This document shows positions 1 to 9,941 of a DNA stretch of 64,000 nt, piece by piece. The translations under genes and the position numbers were made by a program. Numbering within the stretch: position 1 is the stretch's first letter; each line of letters starts with the position of its first letter. Below the pieces are notes generated by a model. The model did no database searches and had not been told where the DNA came from. It was given only the letters and a program-made list of their open reading frames with translations. Source of the DNA: Candidatus Bathyarchaeota archaeon (GTDB lineage: Archaea > Thermoproteota > Bathyarchaeia > TCS64); assembly GCA_030739585.1 (NCBI GenBank), contig JASLYX010000003.1:39812-103811 (forward strand), in the 5' to 3' direction.

Positions 1-813
1 CTCCGAGGCCTCAACGTAGGTGAGGTAGGGCACCACCTTCGGCTCCGGGAGATTCTCAAGCGCCCCGTTAAACTGGGGCATTTGCTTTACCTCATCAAGG
101 AACTGGGGGTCAATGGTCATAATACCCTTCTGATCCACGTACTTGATTACCTGGTTGGCCCCAAGACAGAAGGCGACACAAACTGCAGTGTCGTCTGTAC
201 CCCCCCTCCCGAGGATGGAAACCCTGCCGGACTCGCTCCTACCTGAAAAACCTGCTATTAAAGGAACCATTGGAACCCTGAGACAGCCTTCTAGCTCTTG
301 GAGAATCTTCTTTCTGGTTTTGTCTAGGTCTACTAGAGCATCCCGATAGTTCTCGTCGGTGACTAGGATATCTTCTCCAGCGAAGCACTCGTGCTTCACC
401 TCCCTCGCAAAGAGATGCTCGGATAAGATAAAGCTAGAGAACCTCTCCCCTCGTGATATAGTAAAGGCAAAGGTAGAGTCATTTAGCTCCCCCGAGGTCT
501 CAACGTATCCCAAGACGTGCTCAAGGTTCTCGAACTCCTCCATGAGAGCGGGCGGCAGGTTGTCAGGGTCTGGCAAGAGGTCGATGTGCTCCTTGACCAT
601 GTTTTTAATTAAGAGCCCATAGTCTATCTCACAGCCGTCCTTAACTCCTTCCACAATCTCAACAATACGGTCGGTGACACCCTTTACGGCGGAGACCACT
701 GGGATGGGGAGGTTCCCCTTAGCCAACTCTCCAGCCACGATGTCCGCTACCCGCTCAAAGTCTTGAGCGTCCTTGAGGATTGACCCCCCAAATTTAAATA
801 CCCTATAATCCAT
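1..813 (-). CDS. lysC: aspartate kinase (3' end runs off the window)
   Basis: Own translation from ATG at 813: MDYRVFKFGGSILKD... and SILGRGGTDDTAVCVA, the amino-acid-kinase KFGG and LGRGG(S/T)D motifs; directly downstream of thrC. Not in the ORF track. Confidence 0.9.
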   Translation of the reverse strand, partial: MDYRVFKFGGSILKDAQDFERVADIVAGELAKGNLPIPVVSAVKGVTDRIVEIVEGVKDGCEIDYGLLIKNMVKEHIDLLPDPDNLPPALMEEFENLEHVLGYVETSGELNDSTFAFTISRGERFSSFILSEHLFAREVKHECFAGEDILVTDENYRDALVDLDKTRKKILQELEGCLRVPMVPLIAGFSGRSESGRVSILGRGGTDDTAVCVAFCLGANQVIKYVDQKGIMTIDPQFLDEVKQMPQFNGALENLPEPKVVPYLTYVEASE

Positions 814-820
814 CGCAGCT

Positions 821-2110
821 TCACTCATTCCTTGAACCTATAAGAGCTCGGTTATTCAGAACCGCTTCAACGCTCGCGAGATCAGCGTTCACAACCATGG
901 CGGTATTGGCAAACCTGGGTCTGACCCCATCAATAACTCCGGTGTGGTAGTTGACTGTAGCCCCAGGATCCTTGAGTAGATTTCCCGTAAGGACGCAGAC
1001 CACGTCATCCTCGGGATTGATGATTCCAACGTCCACCAGCTTCCTCGCCCCCGCGACTGAGGCGGCTGAGGCTGGCTCACACCCAACGCCGCATCGTCCC
1101 ACTACCGCCTTGGCGTCCATTATTTCCTGATCTGAAACCTGCTCCACAACCCCGTTAGTCTCCTCAATAACCCTGATGGCCTTCTTCCAGCTCACAGGGT
1201 TCCCGATCTTAATGGCGGAAGCCACGGTGTGAGGCTCTATGGGGATCAGAGACTCCTCTCTTTCCGCCCAGAGACTATAGAATGGGTTGGCCCCCTCAGC
1301 TTGGATCGAGGCGAGGCGGGGCATCGCGTCAATGAGCCCTTGAGACTTTAGTTCCCTAAGGGCCTTGCCAAAGGCCGACGTATTCCCTAGGTTCCCAGCA
1401 GGAAGTACGATCCAATCAGGGGACTCCCACCCCCTCTGCTGGATAAGCTCGAATATTATGGATTTCTGCCCTTCGATCCTCCAAGGGTTTACAGAGTTGA
1501 GGAGATAGAGCCCTAGTTCCGCAGAGGCTTCTTGGACGAGCCACATCGCGGCATCAAAGTCCCCCCGAACTTGAAGCACAGTTGCCCCGTAGCTTAGGGC
1601 CTGGGCTAGCTTGCCGTAGGCGATCATCCCTTCGGGGATAAAAACGATGCAGTTCATCCCGTTGGTAGCCGCAAAGGAAGCGAGGGAAGCCGAGGTGTTC
1701 CCCGTAGAGGCACATGCTACGGAGGAGACCCCAAGGCGCGCAGCCTCGGAGATCCCCACAGTCATCCCCCGGTCCTTAAATGAGCCGCTTGGGTTCTCCC
1801 CCTCATGCTTGACAGTGATCTTCCTTATCCCTGTGTATTCCTTGAGACGTTGATGTGCGTAGATGTTGGTGTTGCCCTCTTGCCTAGAGACAATCCAACT
1901 CATATCTAGCCCTGAATAGACAAGCTCCTTGAACCGCCACACTCCACTCCTGTACGGGCCGCTACGTTGCGAGAGCCTCTTGTCGAAGATAGCTCTATCC
2001 ATCCAGGGGAATTCGTGCACCACCTCCAGGAGACCCCTGCACTTGCATCTCAGCCGCAGTCCCAGCTCAAAGTTTCGGCCGCAGTCCACGCACATGAATC
2101 TTGAGACCAT
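821..2110 (-). CDS. thrC: threonine synthase
   Basis: N-terminal Zn ribbon, PLP lysine motif NPSGSFKDRG, ASTGNTSAS, PAGNLGN, CEPASA. Confidence 0.95.
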   Translation of the reverse strand: MVSRFMCVDCGRNFELGLRLRCKCRGLLEVVHEFPWMDRAIFDKRLSQRSGPYRSGVWRFKELVYSGLDMSWIVSRQEGNTNIYAHQRLKEYTGIRKITVKHEGENPSGSFKDRGMTVGISEAARLGVSSVACASTGNTSASLASFAATNGMNCIVFIPEGMIAYGKLAQALSYGATVLQVRGDFDAAMWLVQEASAELGLYLLNSVNPWRIEGQKSIIFELIQQRGWESPDWIVLPAGNLGNTSAFGKALRELKSQGLIDAMPRLASIQAEGANPFYSLWAEREESLIPIEPHTVASAIKIGNPVSWKKAIRVIEETNGVVEQVSDQEIMDAKAVVGRCGVGCEPASAASVAGARKLVDVGIINPEDDVVCVLTGNLLKDPGATVNYHTGVIDGVRPRFANTAMVVNADLASVEAVLNNRALIGSRNE

Positions 2111-3031
2111 CTAGATCACCCTTGCACCCTGCCTACTTGGCCGGGTTAGATAGATTTCGCTTGCGACCCCCGCCCCCTCAAAGGCCTCGGCCATCGCCAT
2201 TCCTACCTGGGCGGCATCCCCCCCAACGGCGAAAAGGGAGGGGCCTCCTCCAGAGATGGAGCAGCCGTGGGCGCCTGAGTCTAGGGCGGCCTGCTTAACC
2301 TTCCAGAAGTCTGGTATCATCTCAGCCCGCCTCGGCTCCACCAAGTTGTCGCTGATACTATTCCCGAAAAGCTCGATGTCACCTATAGCAATAGCAGCCG
2401 CCATCCTAGAGGCGTTGCCCACATTATGGACCGCGTTCTTAAGCAGGACCTTCTTGGGGAGGAGGGACCTTGCGAGCCTTGTCTTGTTCTCGTAGTGGAC
2501 GTCAGGAACCACCACCACGATATCGAACATAGGGGGTTCCAGGCGTACCACATCATACTCTGCGCCCACCATCACGAATCCCCCTAGTAAGGAGGCTGAG
2601 ACATTGTCCGCGTGGGGGCTACCTGCTACGGCTGCCTCTCCTTGAGCGGCGAGCCTCACTGCCTCGCTGGCTGAGAGCTCTAGCTCTAGTAGCTGGATTG
2701 AGGCATATGCTGCTCCAGCTGCGGAAGCGCCTGAAGAGCCCATCCCTTTTCCAGGGGGTACTCCCTTCTCTATTTTGACAACGAACCCATCGCTTGAATC
2801 ATAAGTGTCTAGCACGTGTTGAAGGACGGCTCCAGCGCTGTTCTTGTCGGGGTCTGCGGGGATCAAAGTCGCCATTTCATCTCCCATGATGACTTTGACT
2901 CCGGGATCAGGGACTAGTTCCACCGTCAGGGTGTCCCCTATTCCGTCGAGGGCGATTCCGAAAACGTCGAAGCCCGGGCCGAGGTTTGCAATGGAAGCGG
3001 GAGAAAACACCCTAATCTGTTTGGTACTCAC
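2111..3031 (-). CDS. thrB: homoserine kinase
   Basis: PASIANLGPGFD, GHMP motif PPGKGMGSSGASAA, HADNV, ISGGGPS. Confidence 0.95.
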   Translation of the reverse strand: MSTKQIRVFSPASIANLGPGFDVFGIALDGIGDTLTVELVPDPGVKVIMGDEMATLIPADPDKNSAGAVLQHVLDTYDSSDGFVVKIEKGVPPGKGMGSSGASAAGAAYASIQLLELELSASEAVRLAAQGEAAVAGSPHADNVSASLLGGFVMVGAEYDVVRLEPPMFDIVVVVPDVHYENKTRLARSLLPKKVLLKNAVHNVGNASRMAAAIAIGDIELFGNSISDNLVEPRRAEMIPDFWKVKQAALDSGAHGCSISGGGPSLFAVGGDAAQVGMAMAEAFEGAGVASEIYLTRPSRQGARVI

Positions 3032-3204
3032 CTGGCAACTCCAGCACCTAACACCGTTAGATCCATTCGCTTCAAGTATAAATCTTGTGGGTTTAGTTGG
3101 CTGGAATGAGAGAGTTTAGTTAAAGAGAAACCAACACTCGGGAAGATTTGGGAATGTCTATAAGGAAACGTCAAGATGATAACATTGACTCTAGGGGATT
3201 TTTC

Positions 3205-4350
3205 TTGAGATATCGCAAATTTGGGAAACTTGACTGGAAGGTCTCTGCCTTGGGATTTGGGGCCATGAGACTCCCCGTGCTTGACAGGGACAGCTCTAAG
3301 ATTGATGAGCCCGAGGCCATCAAGATGATACGCCACGCCATCGACTGTGGTCTCAACTACGTGGACACCGCCTATCCCTACCATGGTGGCAACAGCGAGA
3401 GGCTCGTAGCAAAAGCTCTCAAAGACGGCTACAGGCAGAAGGTGGCTCTCGCCACTAAGATGCCTCTCCGACACGTTGAGACTCACGAGGACTTTGATCG
3501 ACTTTTGAACGAGCAATTAGACAAACTCGAAACGGATCGTATCGATTTTTATCTTCTTCATGCACTCAGACGGATGAGTTGGCCTAAAGTTCGGGACCTT
3601 GGGATAATCGCATGGGCCGAGGAGAAGATTTCTGAGGGTAAGATCGGACATTTCGGCTTCAGTTTCCATGATACATTCGAGATGTTCAAGGAGATCGTTG
3701 ACGCCTATGACGGATGGACTTTCTGCCAGATCCAGTACAACTATATGGATACCGAGTCTAGCAGCAAGGCCCCAGGGATCAAAGGGCTCAAGTACGCCGC
3801 CTCTAAGGGGCTCGCGGTCATCGTCATGGAGCCAATCCAAGGAGGGCGCTTAGCAATGGCCCCTCCTGTAGAGATCCAGAGGATCTGGAATGAGGCCGAG
3901 ACAAGGAGGACTGGGGCAGAGTGGGCGCTCCAGTGGGTCTGGAACCAGCCTGAGGTTGCTGTAGTCCTCAGCGGCATGAGTATTATGCGCCATGTCGAGG
4001 AAAACCTGGTGAGCGCGGGGCGTTCCGGTCCGAAGACCCTTACGGAGAAGGAGCTAGTCCTCGTGAAGAGAGTTAAGGGAAAGTACAACGAACTCGGATA
4101 CATTGGCTGTACCAAATGCAACTATTGCCAGCCATGTCCCGAGGGAGTCCTCATCCCCGATATAATCGAGGTCCTTAACCAGAACTACACCAGCATGATG
4201 GAGGAGACGAGATCAGCCTACCATATTGCGATCCCCGTGGAGGGAAGGGCTAGCCTCTGTGTGGCGTGTGGAGAGTGCGAGGAGCAGTGCCCCCAAACCC
4301 TCCCCATCACAAGCCTCATGCAGGGGACCGCAAGGTCTCACGATAAATAA
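3205..4350 (+). CDS. aldo/keto reductase with C-terminal 4Fe-4S dicluster
   Basis: RYRKFGKLDWKVSALGFGAMRLP, DTAYPYHGG, DFYLLH; C-terminal CTKCNYCQPCP and CVACGECEEQCP. Likely TTG start at 3205 (track starts at 3148). Confidence 0.9.
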   Translation: MRYRKFGKLDWKVSALGFGAMRLPVLDRDSSKIDEPEAIKMIRHAIDCGLNYVDTAYPYHGGNSERLVAKALKDGYRQKVALATKMPLRHVETHEDFDRLLNEQLDKLETDRIDFYLLHALRRMSWPKVRDLGIIAWAEEKISEGKIGHFGFSFHDTFEMFKEIVDAYDGWTFCQIQYNYMDTESSSKAPGIKGLKYAASKGLAVIVMEPIQGGRLAMAPPVEIQRIWNEAETRRTGAEWALQWVWNQPEVAVVLSGMSIMRHVEENLVSAGRSGPKTLTEKELVLVKRVKGKYNELGYIGCTKCNYCQPCPEGVLIPDIIEVLNQNYTSMMEETRSAYHIAIPVEGRASLCVACGECEEQCPQTLPITSLMQGTARSHDK

Positions 4351-4424
4351 GCCCGGAGATCGGATTCATTGCCGAGATAGGGTACAGCCCCTCAAAATAT
4401 GGAATAGAGGTATTGATCCAGTGC

Positions 4425-4831
4425 ATGGTCCTTTAACTTCATCGTCATAATATTGCCGTCAATACCCTGGGGGTCAGTGCGCCACCAGGCTTGAGGTTGA
4501 AACCCGGCGAGATGACTCTCGAGGAATCCCAGCATATGCCTGAAAAAGTAAGGAGACTATATGCTGACGACGACTCCATGGCTGAGGCATTCTCTAAAGC
4601 GTGGTCATTCATCGCTCTACTGGATGAGCGGAGTGTTACGGGTCAACGGTTCAGCACAAAGTTTCTAGCAGATTATCTGGGGAAGAACGGGTGGGAGGCA
4701 GCTCTCGCGAATTGGACCCGCAAACCCACAAGGCGGTATACGTATCCTATGACTTCCCGGAGAGTGTGGAATACCAGACACGGGATGGAAAATACGCGGA
4801 GAGAAGATTCTCGTTTCAAAGGGATCAATGA
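4425..4831 (+). pseudogene. C-terminal remnant of a short-chain dehydrogenase/reductase
   Basis: L*LHRHNIAVNTLG and SVTGQRF resemble the SDR motifs ELxxHNIxVN and ITGQ; in-frame TAA at 4434-4436; frameshift near 4715 into DPQTHKAVYVSYDFPESVEYQTRDGK; no N-terminal Rossmann motif. Confidence 0.5.
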
Positions 4832-4842
4832 AACCAGCTACA

Positions 4843-5877
4843 TCATCGCTGATAGCCGAGCTCTTCTCTCACCTGGGAGACAACGTCTCCGAAGAGGATA
4901 TCTTCCTCTAGATTGGAGCTCAGCAGCTCGATGTCCTCGATGCTGGAGCTTCCTAGACCCCTATCCTCTCCTAGGGTGAAAGAAGTGTGCTCCCTGACTG
5001 GGGTATCTTCCATTCTGTGCGAGTTATGCTGCTTCATGATACATACCGCGACGGCATCGGCGGCCACCCTGTTGTTCCCGACTATGGTTAACCCGGGTTC
5101 AGCTATAACGTTGTGGACGGGTCCTTTGTCTGTGAAAAACTTTTGGGCGTCGGTCACCACAAGATCCGTGGAGAACGCGAGGTTGATGTCAATCATCCTG
5201 TTCATCAAGTCCTGATTCTTGTTCCAGTGGAGCCACTCCCTCCCCACGGAGTCTATGAGCCCGACACAGAGTTTGAGGGCAATAGTGAATATTGGGCTAC
5301 GGTGAGGCCTCATCACGGGGGTGAGAATGACTCGCCCCGCCTCGTGAATCCTCCGGGGGATCTTTATCCCGTCAGGCCAGGATATAGATCCCGGGGGCTT
5401 CACGGTGACCCATTCTTCCTCCTCGAAGTAGCCTACCTGGATGCCGAGGTCATCAGCAACCGCTTTGATGCCCATCTCCTCAATGGTGTTACGGGTGGGC
5501 AGCCCCCGATATCTCCCAGACATGTCACCCACGCAGATCTTATCCGCCGGAAACCCGGTCTCGATCAATTCTTCGGCGATAACCCGGACCGTCTCGTGAT
5601 GAGAGTTTCGGGGAAAGGCGTCGTCGGTATTACAGTTGGGCTTAATTATAATCTCGCCTTTAACTCCATCAGTCATCTTTCCCAGTCCACCCATCAGACG
5701 ATAGGCTTCTCGTATGCCATCCCTGCGATCGTCTGACCTAACGATGGCAACGGTATGCTTCCCGTTTATTGAATACACTTCGCTTCGTAACGGTTTGAAT
5801 GGGACGAGGGGTCCTGGAATCGGATCCTGTATCAGGCGATGGTACTCAGCATCAGATTCTTCGTGGGTGTTCTTCAT
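4843..5877 (-). CDS. DUF362 domain protein
   Basis: IIIKPNCNT, HHETVRVIAEEL, ALKLCVG and NRVAADAVA are typical of DUF362. Confidence 0.8.
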   Translation of the reverse strand: MKNTHEESDAEYHRLIQDPIPGPLVPFKPLRSEVYSINGKHTVAIVRSDDRRDGIREAYRLMGGLGKMTDGVKGEIIIKPNCNTDDAFPRNSHHETVRVIAEELIETGFPADKICVGDMSGRYRGLPTRNTIEEMGIKAVADDLGIQVGYFEEEEWVTVKPPGSISWPDGIKIPRRIHEAGRVILTPVMRPHRSPIFTIALKLCVGLIDSVGREWLHWNKNQDLMNRMIDINLAFSTDLVVTDAQKFFTDKGPVHNVIAEPGLTIVGNNRVAADAVAVCIMKQHNSHRMEDTPVREHTSFTLGEDRGLGSSSIEDIELLSSNLEEDILFGDVVSQVREELGYQR

Positions 5878-5939
5878 GTAATCACTTCCCCTGAAATACT
5901 TGTCAGAAGTTCAACCATAGATTAATAATGTTATTATCA

Positions 5940-7387
5940 AACACGCGCGCGCCGGTGATTACCGTTGTCCACTAAAGGTTCTCTGGAAATGCTGTCACGA
6001 TATTCTGAATGAGGGAAGTCCTGAATATTTGTCTCTCGTCAATTGTGCCGTTATTGTTACCTTGTCGGACGACGACCAGGTCTAGGCTCGGGACAACGAA
6101 GCAGTCATTCATGTTGTTTCCGCGGGTCCCGAATGCATCGTTTGGCACACCCTCTACTTCATCCAGGATCCAGAAAGTATAGCCGTAGTCGCTCGGAGTT
6201 TCACCGTCATCTCGAACGTATCTGCTGGTCGCCAGTTTTATCCAATCTTCTGGAACCAGCTGCTGGTCCTTCCATCGCCCTTTCCTCAGCCAAAGGTAGC
6301 CCAATCTTGCGTAGTCACGTGAGGTACAGGGGAAAGTGCTGGAGACTATTGTGTTGTATCCGTATTGGCTGTGGCTTCTGTCCGCACCATATGCGTTACA
6401 TCCTTCACTCCCGCCTGCTCCCCACCCAGGTTCATAGGAGAAGTTCAATTTTCTATCAGACCTGTAGGTTACCTCTCTGAACTGGTTGTCCCTGATACCG
6501 GGGGGCATCCCAATCTGCTTCAGAAACCTCTCGTAAGCCCAAGGCCCCACCATCTCGCCGGTGATGTTCCGCATGGCGAGGGCGAATTGCTCCAATCCGA
6601 AGCTGCTATAGTTGAACTCTTGCCCCGGATTGAACAGCAATGTATGATGGGAGGGTATCCCCTCGTAATGCCACCAGCCAAAACAGTACTCGTACATCTG
6701 GTGTGAGCCCGTGTACCCGGGATAGTGGTGTCTGGGGTTCGGTGCCAGCCAGGGCTCTGGGCCCTCATGCCCCGAAGTCATGGAGAGGACATGCTTGACC
6801 TTGATCTCCTTCTTCCTCTCGTCAGTAAGGGGCTGATCCCATATCTGAGGGATCAAAGAGTCTTCCCGGCTCTTCCCCACGAGATCGGTGTCAAGAGTTA
6901 CCAGGTTCTTGTATTCATCGAGGAAGACCCCAACCGCGGTGCCGAAGACAGATTTGGCGGAAGACTTCATATCGTTGCACATAGAAGGAGTCCAGGGCCT
7001 AGGCCCTCCCTCGGTTCCTCTCACATAGCTTTCGCTGATGAGGTGTCCCTTGTAGATTATTACGAGGGCTCCACCGTGTGTCTGAGTGAATTTTGCGTTA
7101 TTATGGAAGGTGACAGCGACTTTGAGCTTCTCAACGTCTACTCCCAAGGCTTCCGGGTCTCCGACTCGCCATCCCCCTTCCGTTTGGGGGGGTGGGTAAT
7201 AGTTTTCATCAAACATTTCTGCACACCATTAGTCGCGTATCCATTATCATTCTCAGAACCCCGTTTTTGGATTCGAGATCCGTGTAGAAGCAGACCACAA
7301 TTTCGGACCTCTTTCAAATCAACCTTTGGTAATTTATATGGTTCGGATCATAATTTGGTTTTGAGCCAGAAAGTTCGAACACGCGCG
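5940..7387. repeat. 10-bp direct repeat AACACGCGCG (5940-5949 and 7378-7387) flanking the serine hydrolase gene
   Basis: Identical decamer read on both sides of CDS 5972..7216. Confidence 0.7.
5972..7216 (-). CDS. serine hydrolase, beta-lactamase class C / 6-aminohexanoate-dimer hydrolase family
   Basis: SxxK (SSAKS), HVLSMTSG, FNYSS, LGYLWLRKGRW, VVPSLDLVVVR. Confidence 0.85.
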   Translation of the reverse strand: MFDENYYPPPQTEGGWRVGDPEALGVDVEKLKVAVTFHNNAKFTQTHGGALVIIYKGHLISESYVRGTEGGPRPWTPSMCNDMKSSAKSVFGTAVGVFLDEYKNLVTLDTDLVGKSREDSLIPQIWDQPLTDERKKEIKVKHVLSMTSGHEGPEPWLAPNPRHHYPGYTGSHQMYEYCFGWWHYEGIPSHHTLLFNPGQEFNYSSFGLEQFALAMRNITGEMVGPWAYERFLKQIGMPPGIRDNQFREVTYRSDRKLNFSYEPGWGAGGSEGCNAYGADRSHSQYGYNTIVSSTFPCTSRDYARLGYLWLRKGRWKDQQLVPEDWIKLATSRYVRDDGETPSDYGYTFWILDEVEGVPNDAFGTRGNNMNDCFVVPSLDLVVVRQGNNNGTIDERQIFRTSLIQNIVTAFPENL

Positions 7388-7712
7388 TTATATATTCATT
7401 TTTGATGTTATTCGGTGTTATTCTCGTTTCCTATGATATTATCTTATCTTTGTTTTCATTATCGATCGCGATTTTTTAGGAGTGTAGTTAGAAATAGGAA
7501 TTTTATGAATTCTGTAGGAAAATAACATTTTTTTCAAATGTTAGATCCGCATTTTCTAGAAGGGATAAAATTGTCAAGTGGGAGATGGCCCTGTTGATCC
7601 ATTCTTGGCTCATTCTAAGACATGAATTCACTCAACGAGTTAATAGCATCGCGAAACATAGGCACAACTCTAAAGTTAAGGATGCATCCATGATGGTTGA
7701 GGTGCTAGTCTG

Positions 7713-8057
7713 TTGACCGTTGACATAAAGGGTATGGCCAACCTCCTCCGTGACGGTGTCACTATGCTGAGCAGGAGCTGCCCCGAGTGCGGAACCCCCC
7801 TGTTCCGGCTGAAATCTAAAGAAATTGTTTGTAAGAACTGTAAGAGGCGGGTTGTCATAGTCCCTGAGGGGGAGGAGGCAACCGCTGAAGCCGAGATGCG
7901 TCTCAATTCATTAGAGAAGGCCATAGTCGAGAAGCTGGTCACTCTGGGCCAGTCCATGTCATATGAGAGCGACTTTAAGGCCCTAAGATCCCTCTCGGAA
8001 CTCATGGATTCCCTTCTAGGGAACCTAGAGAAGATCAGGGCTAGCCGTAAAGCCTAG
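7713..8057 (+). CDS. UPF0148 / Sjogren syndrome-scleroderma autoantigen 1 family Zn-ribbon protein
   Basis: MANLLRDGVTMLSRSCPECGTPLF...CKNC followed by a coiled-coil tail. Confidence 0.8.
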   Translation: MTVDIKGMANLLRDGVTMLSRSCPECGTPLFRLKSKEIVCKNCKRRVVIVPEGEEATAEAEMRLNSLEKAIVEKLVTLGQSMSYESDFKALRSLSELMDSLLGNLEKIRASRKA

Positions 8058-8920
8058 AATAGGGTTATAACTATCGCCCCCGCAACGATAGAGAGGCTGC
8101 CGGCAACTATCCTGGCATTGAGCTCGTCCGAGCCCTTGAGCAGCATCACGCTGAGGATGACCGAGAAGAGGGGAGTGGTGCCCCCGAGAGCGGAGACCAC
8201 AGAAACCTTCCCTAGTATGAGCGCTGTAAACATGCTGAGCCACGCCAATGTTACTACCACCCCATTGACCACCCAAAACCCGCCGCCCCTACAGTTGACC
8301 CTCAGCTCGTAGGTCCTCCGGCTCACGAGGAGGTAGACCGAGAAGACGGTGAAACTCGCCAAGGCTCCCACCAAGGCCCCAAAGACGGACTCGGGAAGGA
8401 GATTAAGGGCCGCCTTTCGGGTCACTGATGAGGCTCCGTAGAACACCGCAGAGGCGATGGGGAGCATGAGAGCTCTGTTCTGAAGGTTTTTCACGGTCTG
8501 CCCCCCGCTTCTTGTCAAAGCGATCCCAGCGACGATGAGCACAGTACCTATCAGGGTAGCCGCGTCTATCTGCTCTCCCAAGAATACCGCCGCAAGGAAG
8601 GTGGAGAATAGAGGGCTGGAGCCTATGATGGAAGCGCTAAGAGCAACTCCGAGTCTCTTAAGGGACACAAAGTTGAACATCCTCCCCAAGGTGGACGCTA
8701 GGACTCCCGATGCAACGAAAAGTCCGACGGCAGTCCAGTTGAAGGAATCCGGAGGGTTGGCAATCACCAGCGCGCCCAGGAGGATTACCTGAACGAAAGA
8801 CCCAACGACGGCCCCGGTTAGGGGGTTTGAGTCCTTTATCCCCTTCCGGGCCAGGATGCTACTGGTACCATAGCAAAGGGCCGTGAAGAGGCTTAGAAGT
8901 TCCACGATCAATGAGTGCAC
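8054..8920 (-). CDS. EamA/DMT family transporter
   Basis: About 10 hydrophobic segments in two repeats; SSPLFSTFLAAVFLGE. Confidence 0.9.
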   Translation of the reverse strand: MHSLIVELLSLFTALCYGTSSILARKGIKDSNPLTGAVVGSFVQVILLGALVIANPPDSFNWTAVGLFVASGVLASTLGRMFNFVSLKRLGVALSASIIGSSPLFSTFLAAVFLGEQIDAATLIGTVLIVAGIALTRSGGQTVKNLQNRALMLPIASAVFYGASSVTRKAALNLLPESVFGALVGALASFTVFSVYLLVSRRTYELRVNCRGGGFWVVNGVVVTLAWLSMFTALILGKVSVVSALGGTTPLFSVILSVMLLKGSDELNARIVAGSLSIVAGAIVITLF

Positions 8921-9095
8921 CTAGAAATATTCCTGATGCTTATCATCAAGATTATATAATGCGTGGTCCGGGTCAGACTCTTCTAGTCTCTTTTTTATGC
9001 ACGCGATAATAAGTATGAGAAAAGGAAAAGATTCTCGGACGATATTTCCTTTTCCTTAATTATATAAATCCTGTTGCATTTGGAAGGTATTTGAC

Positions 9096-9860
9096 TCAAT
9101 TTGTTCTCCTTTTGTTTCCGGATATTTCAGATTCCTTAGAAACAGAAAAGAACTCATTGAGATTTCCGTTGTTTCTACTAATATCGTTTTTCCGCTCTAT
9201 GGTTTTCTTCTTGAGAAGCATTGAGACGCGTTTCCCAATGAGTTTTTTAATTTGTTTAACAGGTAGTTTGCCATCGATCCGCATAATTTTCATGTTTTGT
9301 GCTTCAGGTTCTACTCGATGAAAATTGAAAATATCGTAATAGGCGTCTCTGATGTTTGTCTGAACTTCTAAGTTCTCAAAGAAACTAAGGTCTTGAACCC
9401 TTTTTTGGCCATTTTGAAGTCTTGACATTGCATCTTCTGGGGGTACATCCAGAAAAATAACCAAATCTGGTTCAATTGCAGCTTGATTAAGTACTCGGAT
9501 CCAATTTATATCAAGTCTTTTTTTCATTCCTCTGCTCTGATACGCTAAAGAACTATAGACATATCGATCAGAGATCACGATCGATCCTTCTTCTAAACCT
9601 GGAATTATGGTATTGATGGTATGGTGTGCCCTATCAGCTGCAAATAAAAGGGCTAAAACTTCATCAGGGACGGACTCATTATTATATAATATTCGTTTCA
9701 GTAAACTACTAATGACACTTTTATTTGTTGGTTCTTGAGTGGTTATAACTTCATATTTCTTCTTTTGAAGTTTTGAACCCAAGTCTCTAACTTGGGTACT
9801 CTTACCGGAGCCATCTAGGCCTTCAAAAACAATGAAGCATCCCTTCCTATGAATACTCAT
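9096..9860 (-). CDS. tmk: thymidylate (dTMP) kinase with C-terminal extension
   Basis: FIVFEGLDGSGKST, TQEPT, LLFAADR, ISDRYVYSSLAYQ, PDLVIFLDV. Confidence 0.95.
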   Translation of the reverse strand: MSIHRKGCFIVFEGLDGSGKSTQVRDLGSKLQKKKYEVITTQEPTNKSVISSLLKRILYNNESVPDEVLALLFAADRAHHTINTIIPGLEEGSIVISDRYVYSSLAYQSRGMKKRLDINWIRVLNQAAIEPDLVIFLDVPPEDAMSRLQNGQKRVQDLSFFENLEVQTNIRDAYYDIFNFHRVEPEAQNMKIMRIDGKLPVKQIKKLIGKRVSMLLKKKTIERKNDISRNNGNLNEFFSVSKESEISGNKRRTN

Positions 9861-9941
9861 GTAGTTGATGCTCCAACGGTGAAAAGTAAATCAAAGCACA
9901 TATATAACTTAGGAGTAGAAACTCTTTTTTCCAGAAAAAAA

